Source: Squalus acanthias
Lineage: Eukaryota
Direction of reading: 5' to 3'
NCBI GenBank assembly: GCA_030390025.1
Contig: JASTWF010000036.1
Location: 992,001-1,056,000, forward strand
Length of the DNA: 64,000 nt
Under the pieces are notes generated by a model. That model worked only from the letters and a program-made list of their open reading frames with translations, did not search any database and was not told the origin of the DNA. The translations under genes were made by a program, and so were the position numbers. Shown piece after piece: positions 50,031 to 62,868 of this stretch (position 1 is the first letter of the stretch; every line of letters starts with the position of its first letter).

Positions 50031-51459
50031 CTGTGTCCCGTTTCAATCAGAATTTCCCACCATTAAACAGTGCCACTGAGAACATCAGCTGCACAGGACA
50101 TGAATCCCAAAAACTCAGCTGATTTTCTGGCTCTACAGAAAACTCTACGCTCCCACTCCCCAAGGGCTGACCTGAATTTCACCCTTTCAACACGCTACAG
50201 GCTGAGTTCTATATCCCATCTGTGGGCCCTGCCCCCAAAAAACTGCCTCCTACCCTATCTCCACAGACAGGATAACGAACTGTGAGCGCTGAGCATCTCT
50301 GGGCGTTGAACTCATGATATCGATGGGTCAAGCAATTAAATCTCAAGTTGCCTTGCATTCCCCTGCATGAAAGAAAGAGTCAGCCGTTTCGAATTCTTAA
50401 TAATGAAGGGTCAGCTCATCCAGAATCGCTGCTATAACGCAGTGGTCTTATGCAGCTGCATTAGAATGGTGTACAATTTCTCGGATTACCACACAATAAC
50501 CCGGCCACGTGGCCATATAAACCGAGTTCCACCAGCAGATTTCAATTTGAAGCCTAATCATCATCACCTTGTCTTCTCGTTCATGATTATTACCAACAAA
50601 AGCAGCTCCGACACGTTGCGAAGTTCAGCTTTTAATTCCTAAAGTGCAAGTGGTGCGATATTAATTCCTGTCATTTGGCACGAGTGTCTGCAACCATAAA
50701 CCGATCGCGTTTCGAGTGCTCTGCCCCGTGACACCTCTGCTTAATGAGCGCAGGAGTTTTTTATTGTCTCGTGCACTCTTTCAGTGCATTTTGTTTCCTT
50801 CTTCCTATTTTTGACCAATTCTTTGTTCGGTGGGGTGGGAGAGACTTTCTTTAAACGCTGAATGCGGCAAATGCTGAAGGTTGCCTTGGACGCTATACCA
50901 GCCCTGCACCACTCGGCCCACAACAGAAAAAAATGAGCGTCAAGCCTTAATCAACACGCCTGATTCAACTTCAATATCTGCAGTAAGAAGAAATTACCAG
51001 AATATTACTTCGAGAATCTTGAAAAACGTGAGTGGTAACTCATGATTCATAAATAACATTAAAAATTGAAAATGTTGAATTTCAAGGCGAACGAATCATT
51101 CAAATTAAATTGTCTGTTTGAGGAACTGGTTCTTTTGAAGTCAATCCTTTTCGGATTCTTGCCTCTTCTGATCTCCCAAGTCCCACAATCTTCTAAAATA
51201 TTGTTGCATATACATTACTTGTCACAAAATATTCATCAGGATTTCTATGAGGTATAGATAAAAGTAACTCGATGTGGTAAATCTTTGCACCACAGACCAG
51301 TTAAAAGAGATGGTAGCTTTGGGGCGAAGTACCTTGTGAATATTAAACAATTGCCCTAAGATCTGTTCCCAATTTTAATTATTTTTTTCCCATCCTGTTA
51401 GTTAACAAAAAAACTTTAAAGGTTTGTTTGAAGAGTGTGGAAGGTAGGTTATTGATAGA

Positions 51460-51870
51460 AAAGGACTTGCATGTAGACGGTGCCCTAGTACATCGTCAGG
51501 ACATCCCAAGAATGCTTTACAACCAGTCCATTGCTTTTGAAATGCAGCCTCTGTTATGTGGGTAAACATGAGCCACCAAGGTCCCACAATCAGCAAATAA
51601 CTGGCCAGCTAAAACGTTTTGGGTTGAGGAGAGGAATATAACCAACGCCTTGCTTTTCAAACAGTCTAATGAGATCTTTCCCCACCCACACGAGCAGGTA
51701 AATGGAGCCTCTGTTAAATATCTCATGCAAGAGGCTGCATCAGTGACACTGCAACATTCCCTCAGTGCTGCACGGAAATGTCAGCGTGGGCTCAGGGCTC
51801 AAGTCCTGGAGTGGGTCTTGAACACGCAACCTACTGACTCAAGAGGTGGAGAGTGCTTGACTCAGTTGAT
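51460..51870 (-). mobile_element. Old degenerate DeuSINE
   Basis: Diverged tail, Deu domain and head blocks. Confidence 0.55.
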
Positions 51871-52251
51871 AGCACTCTTACCTCTGAGTCAGAAGGTTGT
51901 GTGCTGGACGCATACCATGGGAATTTCAGCTGAGGGGTCTGTGCAGGAGTGTCCACGTCTTAGGTTTTGGTTTGTTCCCAGACTGTAAATCGGGAGCAGT
52001 TAATCTTTGCTATGTTCTTTGCTTCGCTTGGCTGCTGTGACGAGAGTACATACGCTTTCTGTACACGGGCTGCATTCATTCTGCTAAGTGTAAGAAAAGA
52101 TAACTGAGGAACATTTTATGCCTGTGTCAAAATGTTATAGATCAAGCTTTCTACAATAAAGGGAATGAGGAGTAGTTTAGTGTGTTCAAATTCTATGCTT
52201 CCATTAGATAGGATTTTTCTCCTCTATGCTTTCCTCTTCTGGAGACACTAT

Positions 52252-52892
52252 GGGCAGAATTTTCATTGACCCGTGGAGGTGGGTTTGGAGGCGTGTGGGG
52301 GGTTAAAATTGCGAAACCTGGCGGGCGGGCACAAGCCCGCCTCCATCCCGCCTCCACGCAATTTTCATTAAATCGTGTCTGCTGGTCCCGACTCCGTCCC
52401 GCCGCTAAGAGGCGGGATAGGCTGTTAAGGCCCTTAACAAGCACTAAATTGCCTCTATAATGCCATTTTGAAAGGCCTTTGTGATTTTAACCCTTTTTCT
52501 ACGTGAAGCACGCCTGTTCTGAACCACAAATGTGAAACCTGGCGGTAGCACATTTCAATAGCTGACTATCAGCTGCAGGTCCACTATTACAACGGAGAGG
52601 TGGTGGTGGTGGAGGAAAAATATCTGGGAGCAGACTTGGGGCTGCTGCTGCTCATTTTGCCTCCAGGTCCTCTCACAGCAAAGGCCAGGCAGTTTTTGCA
52701 GACCTTCAATGCAGCAGCAATGATGACATCATCAGAGGCGACTTTCAGACTGAAAACACTAATTGGGTCATGGGTTCCCACATGCTGGAACTCAATTGCC
52801 CAATTAGGTGAAAATCTCATCAATCTCCCACATCCAATTGCAGTCGGGTGGATAACACGACCCCAACCCGCCCCAGTATCAAAATCCAGCCC
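52252..52892. mobile_element. Harbinger-type MITE, inverted relative to 20034-20797
   Basis: gggcagaatttt...aaaatccagccc; shared core atgacatcatcagaggcgactttcagactgaaa. Confidence 0.75.
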
Positions 52893-53721
52893 TGAGTGTT
52901 TCGGGGGTATGGTTCTGTGGGGATGCGAGACACCTGGAACTGTGCCCAAGGGACCATTCTTTGCATGTGAGGCCAGATAATGAATGTTAAATAATTACAC
53001 CATAGGAGGCATTACAGATGAGCTGAATCTTGTCCTCGCCCAATGTTTATCCATAGTCTTACCAGGAATTGCTAAATAGTCAACGGGCGCAGAAATCCTG
53101 GCAATTCACACCCAGGCCCCAGGGGTTCTGAAGCCAATGGTAGCGCTCTTTTATCGCAGCTGCGATCGACTTAACTAAACACGGACAAAGGATCAAACCT
53201 TGTGCCTTCCAGGTCTGTGTGGCACACCACCTCAGCAGGTCGTGCACTTACCCACAGAGCCATTAGAGAAGGGTGCAATTAAGCTATTAAAAGTAAGCAT
53301 ATTTTGGAGTTGCAAATCCGAAGCTTGGAGTGCAGTGGTTGCTTTAGCTCCTGGTACAATGTGCAATCGTCTCTTCCAGCAACAATAATAAGTGGAATGG
53401 AAGCATTGCAGAATAAGATTTAAATTGGCACATTTATACAGCGAGAGTTGGTCAATTTAAATCTTAAACTGTTCCAGTTATTATTGCTGGAAGGGATGAT
53501 TGCACCAGGACTTCAAGGAACCGCTATACTTCGATCTTTGAAGATGTAACTCCAAAATATGCACAGTTTTAATAGCACAATTACACACTTCCCTGATGGC
53601 TCTGTGGTTAGGTGCACTCCCTACTGAGATGTTGAGCTGCACAGACAGGAAGGTCCCAGTTTCAAAGCTGTGTCTCTGCTGATAAAAGCTCATGCTTGCT
53701 ATCCAGTGATGACCTGCTGGA

Positions 53722-54183
53722 AGAAAGAAAGAGAGACTTGCATTTATATAGCGCCTTTCACGACCACTGGACGTCCCAAAGCGCTTTACAGCCAATGAAG
53801 TACTTTTTGAAGTGGAGTCACTGTTGTAATGTAGGAAACACGGCAGCCAATTTGTGCACAGCAAGCTCCCACAAACAGCAATGTGATAATGACCAGATAA
53901 TCTGTTTTAGTGATGTTGGTTGAGGGATAAATATTGGCCAGGACACCGGGGAGAACTCCCCTGCTCTTCTTCGAAATAGTGCCATGGGATCTTTAACATC
54001 CACCTGAGAGAGCAAACGGGGCCTCGGTTTAACATCTCATCTGAAAGATGGCACCTCCGACAGTGCGGCACTCCCTGGAGCGTCAGCCTAGATTTTTGTG
54101 CTCTAAGTCTCATGGAGTGGGGCTTGAACCCACAACCCTTCTGACCCAGAGGCGAGAGCGCTACCCACTGAGCCACAGCTGAT
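53722..54183 (-). mobile_element. DeuSINE, full length
   Basis: Reverse complement of the family sequence; inserted into an older SINE-like repeat. Confidence 0.9.
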
Positions 54184-55926
54184 GCTAGCACACGTGATGT
54201 GGCTGTTGGGTGAGGACAATCCCCATGGATGAATAGCCTGTTCATGTGAGCAGGTGCATGTGAGGAATGCCCATTTGGGTGAAGCGCCTAAAAAGAGGGG
54301 AGAACATCGGAGAAGGTGGAAGGGCAGTTGCTGCTTCAATCCACAAAGCAATATTTGTACGTGTTTTCAATGACCTCACTAAGGCAGCAAGGGTAGCCAG
54401 TGTGCAACATGGAAGCATCACGGTAGTGCTTAGCAATATGGTTTGGAGGTTGGCGATGAGCTGTCAGCACCAGAGAAATACTAGAAATGAGGTTTAGGAT
54501 TGCAGACAGACTTGATTGCAAAATCCATTAAAACACTGGAGGGAGCTGTGTTTATTTTTAAGCATGAGTTACATCTTAAGTAGGTCAGAATACTAAATGT
54601 GAGTGTCATTCCTAACGAGTGAGATTTAACAAGTTGGGGCTGTTCAGAAGGATTACCTTGCATCTAACTTGGGTCCTATCTGGTCTAAGAGTGCTCGATG
54701 TGCATCTAACTTGGGTCCTATCTGGTCTCGCTGTGTGGGAAGAGTGGAGGAGGTGTCCTATTTACCCTGACCTTACTCTCTGATGAGCACCAACAATCGC
54801 ACCAAAATTAAATGATGCGTCCCCCGCTGAAGCTGTTGAATGGCGCCTTGAACTGATGGCGGTTGCTTGTGTACGACCAAGATGGAAGAAGGTGTGGAAG
54901 CTGAGTACTGCAACAGTTGGTTAGAAAATGTGAATACGTGTTGATCAGTGCAGATAGCGATAAAAGCGGGTAAGTATGCAAGCGGATGAACGGAAAGGAT
55001 GATTGGAAGTTATTTGCAGTAATGTCATTTAAAACTTGCAGCGAGGAATTTTGAAGGTGAGGGCACTTTCTTGCAATCCACTGACCATGTGACAACTAAC
55101 TGCAGAAATACAAAGTAAGAGTTCAGAGTTGTAAAGAAAAGCAAGACTTTCCTTAGTAGCAGCTGTCTCTATTGATGCATGCGGTCCTGTACAATAAGCT
55201 TCAGACGAGCCCTGTGAATGCCAATATCCTCTTTCCCATTTGCTCCAATGCATTATGCTTGCTGCCTTTTTTCCCCCCTGGCCCACTCTTTTTCAGGCTA
55301 CCCTGACCTCATTCTACACAACTCTCTCTTGTTGATTTCAGCAGTCCGTCAACCCACTCCTTTACTGGGATGCCCCACCCACTTTGTTAATCGCATGTAG
55401 TATTTGCCGTGCTGTACTGCCATTGACTTTGCCCACAGTGGTGTGGTGTTCAGTAACTGAGGCACAGCTTCCAGTGGCCAAGCAGACAACTCGAAGACAG
55501 ACTGCAAAGCAGTTGTAAAAAGAAAGCTGTGTTTATCGAGTGTCGTACATCAAAATGAGTCTTCCTTTGCCAAAATGACAGCAGCTTTTATGGTCTCTTG
55601 AATGCCTTGCTGGCTGAGGAAAGGCCTCTGTAGGACTGTATGAGTTTTATACGTTGCATTTGTTGTATGAAGTTCAAGGGGAAACTATGCAAAGTTATAT
55701 CAATGCTTCCCAAATGCAATGTAAAATGTTATAAAATTCAAATTTGATGGTGCCTCATGGATTCCATAAAATAGATTTTTGCCCATGAAAAATATACAAC
55801 CCTACCCTGGGGTATGGCGATTTGAGAGGCGACGTATATGATCATTTCAGTTGGACAGGCAAAGGATGATAGGTGTGGTAAATGAAAATATCTCACTGGT
55901 GCAGTAGGTGGCACTGTTCTAAGGTT

Positions 55927-57015
55927 GGGACAGTGTAGAGGGAGCTTTACTCTGTATCTAACCCGTGCTGTACCTGCCCTGGGAGTGTTTGATGGGACAG
56001 TGTAGAGGGAGCTTTACTCTGTATCTAACCCGTGCTGTACCTGCCCTGGGAGTGTTTGATGGGACAGTGTAGAGGGAGCTTTACTCTGTATCTAACCCGT
56101 GCTGTACCTGCCCTGGGTGTGTTTGATGGGACAGTGTAGAGGGAGCTTTACTCTGTATCTAACCCGTGCTGTACCTGCCCTGGGAGTGTTTGATGGGACA
56201 GTGTAGAGGGAGCTTTACTCTGTATCTAACCCCGTGCTGTACCTGCCCTGGGTGTGTTTGATGGGACAGTGTAGAGGAAGCTTTACTCTGTATCTAACCC
56301 GTGCTGTACCTGCCCTGGGAGTGTTTGATGGGACAGTGTAGAGGGAGCTTTACTCTGTATCTAACCCCGTGCTGTACCTGCCCTGGGTGTGTTTGATGGG
56401 ACAGTGTAGAGGAAGCTTTACTCTGTATCTAACCCGTGCTGTACCTGCCCTGGGAGTGTTTGATGGGGACAGTGTAGAGGGAGCTTTACTCTGTATCTAA
56501 CCTGTGCTGTACCTGCCCTGGGTGTGTTTGATGGGGACAGTGTAGAGGGAGCTTTACTCTGTATCTAACCCGTGCTGTACCTGCCCTGGGAGTGTTTGAT
56601 GGGGACAGTGTAGAGGGAGCTTTACTCTGTATCTAACCTGTGCTGTACCTGCCCTGGGTGTGTTTGATGGGGACAGTGTAGAGGGAGCTTTACTCTGTAT
56701 CTAACCCCGTGCTGTACCTGCCCTGGGAGTGTTTGATGGGGACAGTGTAGAGGGAGCTTTACTCTGTATCTAACCCGTGCTGTACCTGCCCTGGGTGTGT
56801 TTGATGGGGACAGTGTAGAGGGAGCTTTACTCTGTATCTAACCTGTGCTGTACCTGCCCTGGGTGTGTTTGATGGGGACAGTGTAGAGGGAGCTTTACTC
56901 TGTATCTAACCCGTGCTGTACCTGCCCTGGGTGTGTTTGATGGGGACAGTGTAGAGGGAGCTTTACTCTGTATCTAACCTGTAGTGTACCTGCCCTGGGA
57001 GTGTTTGGTGGGACA
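55927..57015. repeat. 67-69 bp minisatellite, ~16 copies
   Basis: Unit gggacagtgtagagggagctttactctgtatctaacccgtgctgtacctgccctgggagtgtttgat; head-to-tail with no spacers. Confidence 0.97.
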
Positions 57016-57324
57016 CTGAAGGTCTGAATTGGAAAGTTATCCGTACACTCACTGAGAACACAAAAAAGGCAGAAGAAAACAAAATTCCTGAAAATGATTC
57101 GATAAAATGTTATACAAGATTCTATACATGAGATTCATTGTGGGTTTGATTATCTTCTCTTGATGTGATATGATGCAAGGTCCTGTTTACATATGTCGCA
57201 GGTACAGGAGAAAAATTAATTGCAATTCTTTTATTTGCACATTCTTAGCATCAGTGTACTTCTGTATGTATGATGGGCTACAATACTTACCAAATTTGGT
57301 AGCCACACCTCGTAAGGCATCAAA

Positions 57325-57745
57325 ACCTTTTTTTAACGAATTCTTGGGATGTGAGCGCCATTGATTGCCCATTGCTAGTTGCCCTAAGATGGTGGTCGGC
57401 CATCTTCTTGAACCAGTGCAGTCCATGTGGTTGCTCTTTGGAGCGGTTTGACACAACTGCGTGGCTCGCTGGGCCACTTCAAAGGGAAGTCAAGAGTAAA
57501 CCACGTTGGTGTGGGACTTGAGTCACATAAAGGCCCAGATCGGGTAAAGGCATCCCATTTCCTGCTCTAAAGGACATTAATGAACAAGTTGGGGTTTTAT
57601 CACAATCCGACTGCGTCATGCTTACTTTCACTGATACCAGATTTTTAAAAAAAACCTGATTTCAAATTCAGTGGGATTTGATCTTGCGTTCTCTGAATTA
57701 TCAGTCAGGTCCTTGGATTACAACATAACCACTACACTGCCGAAC
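57325..57745 (-). mobile_element. MetaSINE-type element, older copy
   Basis: Head and body homologous to 32490-32828; tail homologous to 29545-29670. Confidence 0.7.
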
Positions 57746-58408
57746 CCATAACGCACCAAATTTATTTTTATTATGCATTTGGTTCTTTCTATTGAGAATC
57801 TACATGGTAACTCTGGGTTTGTGAACTAATTTGCAAGGAGGATGAGAGTAAAATTGTGTTTTTATATCGAGCGAGTTAGAGGTGCTGCTCAAAGCAATGG
57901 GGAGAAAAGGACACGTTTCAAATTTAAATGAACTTCGACAGTGATAGGGTTTTGTCGTGGGGAGCACTGCAGAGAACAGAGATTCATTAATAAGTCGCGG
58001 TGAAGCATCAATCTGCACGGAGCTGCATGGCTGGAAGTTCATTTAAACTGTCAGGGAATCGGATAAAAATGTGGTTCTGGGCGCTGAGATATTTGTCAGC
58101 CTGAAAATAACCTTTGTGTTGGTTGTTAAATCTCCATGGCATTGTACATCGAGGGAAACTGTGGGGCTAATTTGATTGGAGTTGCAGTTGATGGGAGATA
58201 ATGAAGAAAGATGCATTGTAGTGAGAAGGTGGTGTGAGAGATAGAAGTACATCACAAACGGAGAGTCCTTCTAGTTTGCGGTCTGGACAAAAGCAATGCT
58301 TTTTGCAATCGAATGGGCCCACACACAAACACGGGAAGATATTTGTTTTCACTGCCTGGGTGGGAATCTGGCCGAGCGGATCACGATTGTACAACCCATC
58401 CCACCTTC

Positions 58409-58832
58409 GGGAACGGTAGCATAGTGATTATGTTACTGGGGTTAGTAATTCAGCAGGCCTGGACTAATGATACCTACGAGATGTGAGTTCAAATCCCACC
58501 ACGGCAGATGGGGAATTTAAATTCAGTAAATTAAATAAATCTGGAATAAAAAGCTAGTATCAGTAATGGTGACCATGTAACTACTGGATTGTCATCAAAG
58601 CCCATCTGGTTCACTAATGTCCTTCAGGGAAGGAAATCTGCCGTCCTTACCCGGTCTGGCCGATATGTGACTCCAGATCCACAGCAATGTGGTTGACTCT
58701 TAACTGCCCTCTGAAATGGCCTAGCAAGCCACTCCGTTGTGCTCACCACCATATTCTCAAAGGCAATTAGGGATGGGCAATTAATGCTGGCCTTGCCAGT
58801 GACACCCACATCCTGTGAATGAAGAAAAAAAG
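58409..58832 (+). mobile_element. MetaSINE-type tRNA SINE, full length
   Basis: A and B boxes; body ctggttcactaatgtccttcagggaaggaaatctgccgtccttacccggtctgg...; 3' ~90 nt shared with the CR1-like LINE tail. Confidence 0.8.
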
Positions 58833-59305
58833 CCTTCACCCCATTTCATTTGAACAAAATGGAAATTGGGCGGGTTCTACTGCCAGGTTACTGTCCAGAC
58901 GGTGAAGATGAAAATTGACCCCATAGTCTTAAGTAAAACAAATCCATCATCTGTTTTGATTGTCTTTCTGATCATTTAGTTTTTAAGTTAAATTAAATGA
59001 AGTTGCTAAATGCTTTGCCGAGGGTGTCCCTGAGCTCACAGATCCAAGGAGATCTTGGGTTCACTTCCCAGTCTGTGCTGACTTTGCTTACCTCACTGAG
59101 GGTAGTGGCAGGGTTGGCGACAGTTGCCCTCTCTATCTCCTGGGTAAGAGGGAGGGAGGAGTGGGGGAAATCATCCAGGGTCCCTGCTCCTGGTACCTAT
59201 CCAATGACTTCTTCTGGAAGATAGCGTGCAGACATGGGGCTGAGACAGGGTCGAGGTCAGCTGTGATGCCCCCCACCCCACAGTCGAATAGCCTGTTGAT
59301 ACATA

Positions 59306-60196
59306 GGGGGAAAAATTCAGTTGGTTGCGCCTCCCGTTAGCGCCTTAAGAGGGCGCTAATGGGGCGCAAAGCAACTAGCGCCCGGGCGCAGCGATGTTTG
59401 CGCCGCTCGCGAAATTAACTAGACATTTTGCGGCAGCGCTAAGCACTACCGCCACAATCTCCTGCGCCAGCAGATCGTGACGTCAGTCGAGTGCGCAACG
59501 CCCCGGTATCGCCCCGGAGCGGATATTGAGTGGCGCCCCCTGCCTTACCGCCTGCCGCTAGCAACGACAGGTTGAGGGGAGCGTTTTGCAGTCGGGAAGG
59601 GACTGGGGGAGCACTATTTAAAGGCGACCGCTTCCTGCCTTTTATTGTTGGTCACATTTTTGAACCACGCTTTCTGAGAGAGAGAGAGAGACTTCTGGAG
59701 AGATTCAACGCTGTGTGAAGGAGTTTTGGGGACTGAGCAGCACTTTGCAGGTTCATTTTGATTTGCCCTTCCTTGTATCGATTTAGAAGAGAATGTGGGG
59801 GCTGCACTCTGAGCTCTTTCCCTGGTACTCTCCATTGTTCTTTCCAGCAGATTTGATATACAGGTCTCTCCAGGCCGAGATTCAAGGCTACAATGAGCAG
59901 GATGTGGATGGAAAGCAAGATCGACCCTCCCCTTTAAGAACTGGCCCGCGCCATTGTGTTTGTGTTCCATTGCTGACTGACATCACATGAGCTTCGCCAG
60001 CGCTCTGAGGTAGCGCCTCGCTCCTCGGCCTTTGCGCCTTAAGACAGGTGTGAAGCGCCTGATTTAGCGCTCCAATCACCTCCAGGGGTGATAAAAGTCA
60101 AGTTTGCAGTCGGTGGCGATAATTAGCGCCAGGCGCTAATCTTTGTGCCCGGCCGATAATTGCGCCCCAAATGGGGTGATACTGAATTTCTCCCCC
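59306..60196. mobile_element. Harbinger-type MITE
   Basis: TIR GGGGGAAAAATTCAGT / ACTGAATTTCTCCCCC; TSD ATA; subterminal (t)agcgcc / ggcgcta motifs. Confidence 0.85.
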
Positions 60197-60958
60197 ATAA
60201 GGTCTAGGCTGACCAGTGGAGAATGAATACAATAAGGTACTGAAGGTCTGCCACAGTTACACAAGTCAGCACTTTCAGGAGCGAAGGGGAGAAAACGCGG
60301 AGGAGGGAGGAATTTTAACACATCTTGGGGTGGAAATGAAGAAAAAAATTTATATAATTTTTTAAAAAGGCGTAGCTATCAGAAAATCCTCAACACTGAA
60401 ATACAGACAACTACAAGGAAAATCAATCATTTTGTTCGTGTCTCGAGTATCCGGGCCAGCGATTCGGAAACCTGATCCAGTGTTTTCCACCTATCCTGGT
60501 TGTGGATCGGAAAGCTTATTTCAGGCCTTTATTTCAGACGGCAGTATGCACTCGATAACAGTCAGCAAGAAACCACAGATGGGTAAGCAATCCTGAGTTA
60601 GCATTTCGGCCAATGTGTGCACGGATGGCCTAACTGCAATTGTGTCCCAAGCCTAAAACCAACGAGGCGCACCCAAGTAAATCATATTAACCCCCTAATC
60701 GTCCATCTTTTGTGTACTATCTCAGGAAGACACTGTTCCTTGCATGATAAATGGGCAGCACCTAGTTGATGAGGAGATAACGGCTATTCAGCGCAATCTG
60801 TGTTCGAGCCATGCCTGATGTCTACTATGCAGAAGTCCAGGATAATGGGGATGCATGTGCACAGTTCAAGGGGGCATGAAGGCAAAACCAGTCCAGAGGT
60901 CAGTTTTGCCTGCAGTTAGCGGGAGGCCCAATCAATTGTCGTGGTTGTATCTCATTAA

Positions 60959-61413
60959 AGTGAGAAGTCGCACAACACCAGTTTATAGTCCTACAGCTTT
61001 ATTTGAAATCACAAGCTTTCGGAGCGCTGCTCCTTCATCAGGTGAAGTGAAGAAATACATATGGGCACAGCATATATAGTCAGAGAACACTGCCAGGTGA
61101 CTACAGTTAATCTTTCTGACTGCCCTTTATCACACCTCGGCAGAGAGATAATCACGGCAATCAAAGGTGTGGATGGTGTCCAAACAGGTCAGTCAGGAAG
61201 GTGTGATAAAGGGCAGTTAGAAAGATTAACTGTAGTCGTCTGGCAGTGTTCTCTGACTATATATGCTGTGTCTATATACATCTCTTCACTTCACCTGACG
61301 AAGGAGCAGCCGCTCTGAAAGCTTGTGATTTCAAATAAAGCTGTTGGACTATAACCTGGTGTTGTGCGACTTCTCACTTTTGTCCACCCCAGTCCAACAC
61401 CGGCATCTCCGCA
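60959..61413 (+). mobile_element. Hairpin Penelope-like insertion C with hammerhead motifs (61009-61045 -, 61291-61328 +)
   Basis: ~180-bp inverted arms (~60957-61137 / 61199-61380); ~61-nt spacer; tail; 14-bp TSD TTGTATCTCATTAA at 60945-60958 and 61414-61427. Confidence 0.85.
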
Positions 61414-61597
61414 TTGTATCTCATTAACACTGAGCTGCCAGCACAAATTGCCGCTCTTCTCGGCAGCTCGCCGATTGGGAGGATGGGAAATCCGGAGGGC
61501 TGGCCGCTACTTAAAGGCAGCCTGCAGCCCTTAATGGGGAGGTGCACTTTTCAATGGTGGTGAGTGGAGAGCGAGTCATTTAAACAGCAGGGCCTCA

Positions 61598-61738
61598 TCC
61601 AGGGCCCACCAATTCTCCGATGCAACCACTGAGCTGCTCCCGGAGCAAGTGATCGACAGGAAGGAAGTCACCTTCCCCTCTGATCGGTGACGGGCGCTCC
61701 ATCAAATTAGTCCGCCACAATGGAAAGAGGTTGCTGAG
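61598..61738 (+). pseudogene. Degenerate Harbinger Myb/SANT exon remnant
   Basis: SRAHQFSDATTELLPEQVIDRKEVTFPSDR*RALHQISPPQWKEVAE aligns by eye with exon 1 of 8995-8756. Confidence 0.5.
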
Positions 61739-62441
61739 CCCGCGTGAGATCTGGCTCAATCCTCCGCGTGATATTTTGTCCTGCTACCACCCTGGTCTTT
61801 CGGCGTAAACGGGTCAGCAACACGATGGAAATGACCCTCGGAGTGAGTGAGTGTGTTTCAAACCTCCAATGGAGAATCTTGGCTCGAGCGCGGCCCTGAA
61901 TTCTCGACGCTCCCTCCAATTCTGCCGACCTGGCGGTTGACAGCCAGGCTGTTCGACGGAGAGGTGGGAAACTGAGAGAAGACTCTGCCACGCCTGGGAG
62001 GTAACAGGCTTCCATGGAACGGATGAGCTTTATAAATCATTGCTGTCAGAATATCATTCCGCATGCAAGGTAAAAGTTGACAATTGGCTTGGGTACCGTC
62101 TGGCTTATATAAGCCTTGCCGTCTGCTCCCGTGTGCTTGTTCGTTCTGTAATCTGAGCAAATATTATGCTTGTCGTGATGAGAGGAACTAAAATTTGAAG
62201 GTGGAAGAAGGTGTAGAGATGGAAGAGCTAGCATTCCATTGTCTACATGCAACAGCTCCATGGATCTGGTGTAGTAGTCATAGAGTCATACATGTTGTTC
62301 TGGAGGAGCGATTTATGACTTGGTGATTTTAATAAAACTATTTGTAAAGCATGCGTGCCTTATACACCAGAGATTTTTTGTTAAATGTTGTCCTCTGATT
62401 TTCTGCCCTCTCCTGAAACTACCACTTATTTTAGAGACGGA

Positions 62442-62790
62442 CAGGACTAATTTTGACTTTGATCGATAGTGTGAAACGGGCGATATCGGATCATCCGCCC
62501 GTTGTACCCCGCTCCCCATTTTCATTTCCATTGACCGGGAGGGACGTGTAATGGGCGGCGGAATCAATATCGCCCGTTTTACATGATTGGCCAAAGTCAG
62601 AATGAACCCCCCCCCCTCCCGACCTCATCGGTGGGGGGGGGGGGTAAAATTGGTCTCCGGTGGTGTGCAAAACAGGCGATAACTAATCAGCAGCCCGTTG
62701 AAGCTGTAAAATAAAATCGGACAGGGTGTAAAACAGGCTGCTGATTAATGATCACCTGTTCTGCGCTCCCGCCAAAGACCAATTTCACCA
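62442..62790. mobile_element. Two short adjacent MITEs (~62442-62612 and ~62641-62790)
   Basis: Inverted termini ttttgactttg/caaagtcagaa with inner aaacgggcgatat/atatcgcccgttt; and ggtaaaattggtct/agaccaatttcacc. Confidence 0.55.
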
Positions 62791-62868
62791 GTGCCCGTGG
62801 CGATCCAGTGCCCGTGGCGATCCAGTGCCCGTGGCGATCCAGTGCCCGTGGCGATCCAGTGCCCGTGG
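62788..62868. repeat. 17-bp tandem repeat, ~4.8 identical copies
   Basis: Unit ccagtgcccgtggcgat. Confidence 0.95.

Noticed and set aside
54300..54395. Myb/SANT exon-end remnant (RVFNDLTKAARV)
   Set aside because: The match is only ~10 residues, with no supporting TIRs.
54659..54728. 28-bp direct repeat tgcatctaacttgggtcctatctggtct x2
   Set aside because: A simple local duplication with a short spacer; nothing further supports a function.
55927..57015. CRISPR-like array
   Set aside because: Units are head-to-tail with no unique spacers, there are no cas genes, and the context is vertebrate. It is a minisatellite.
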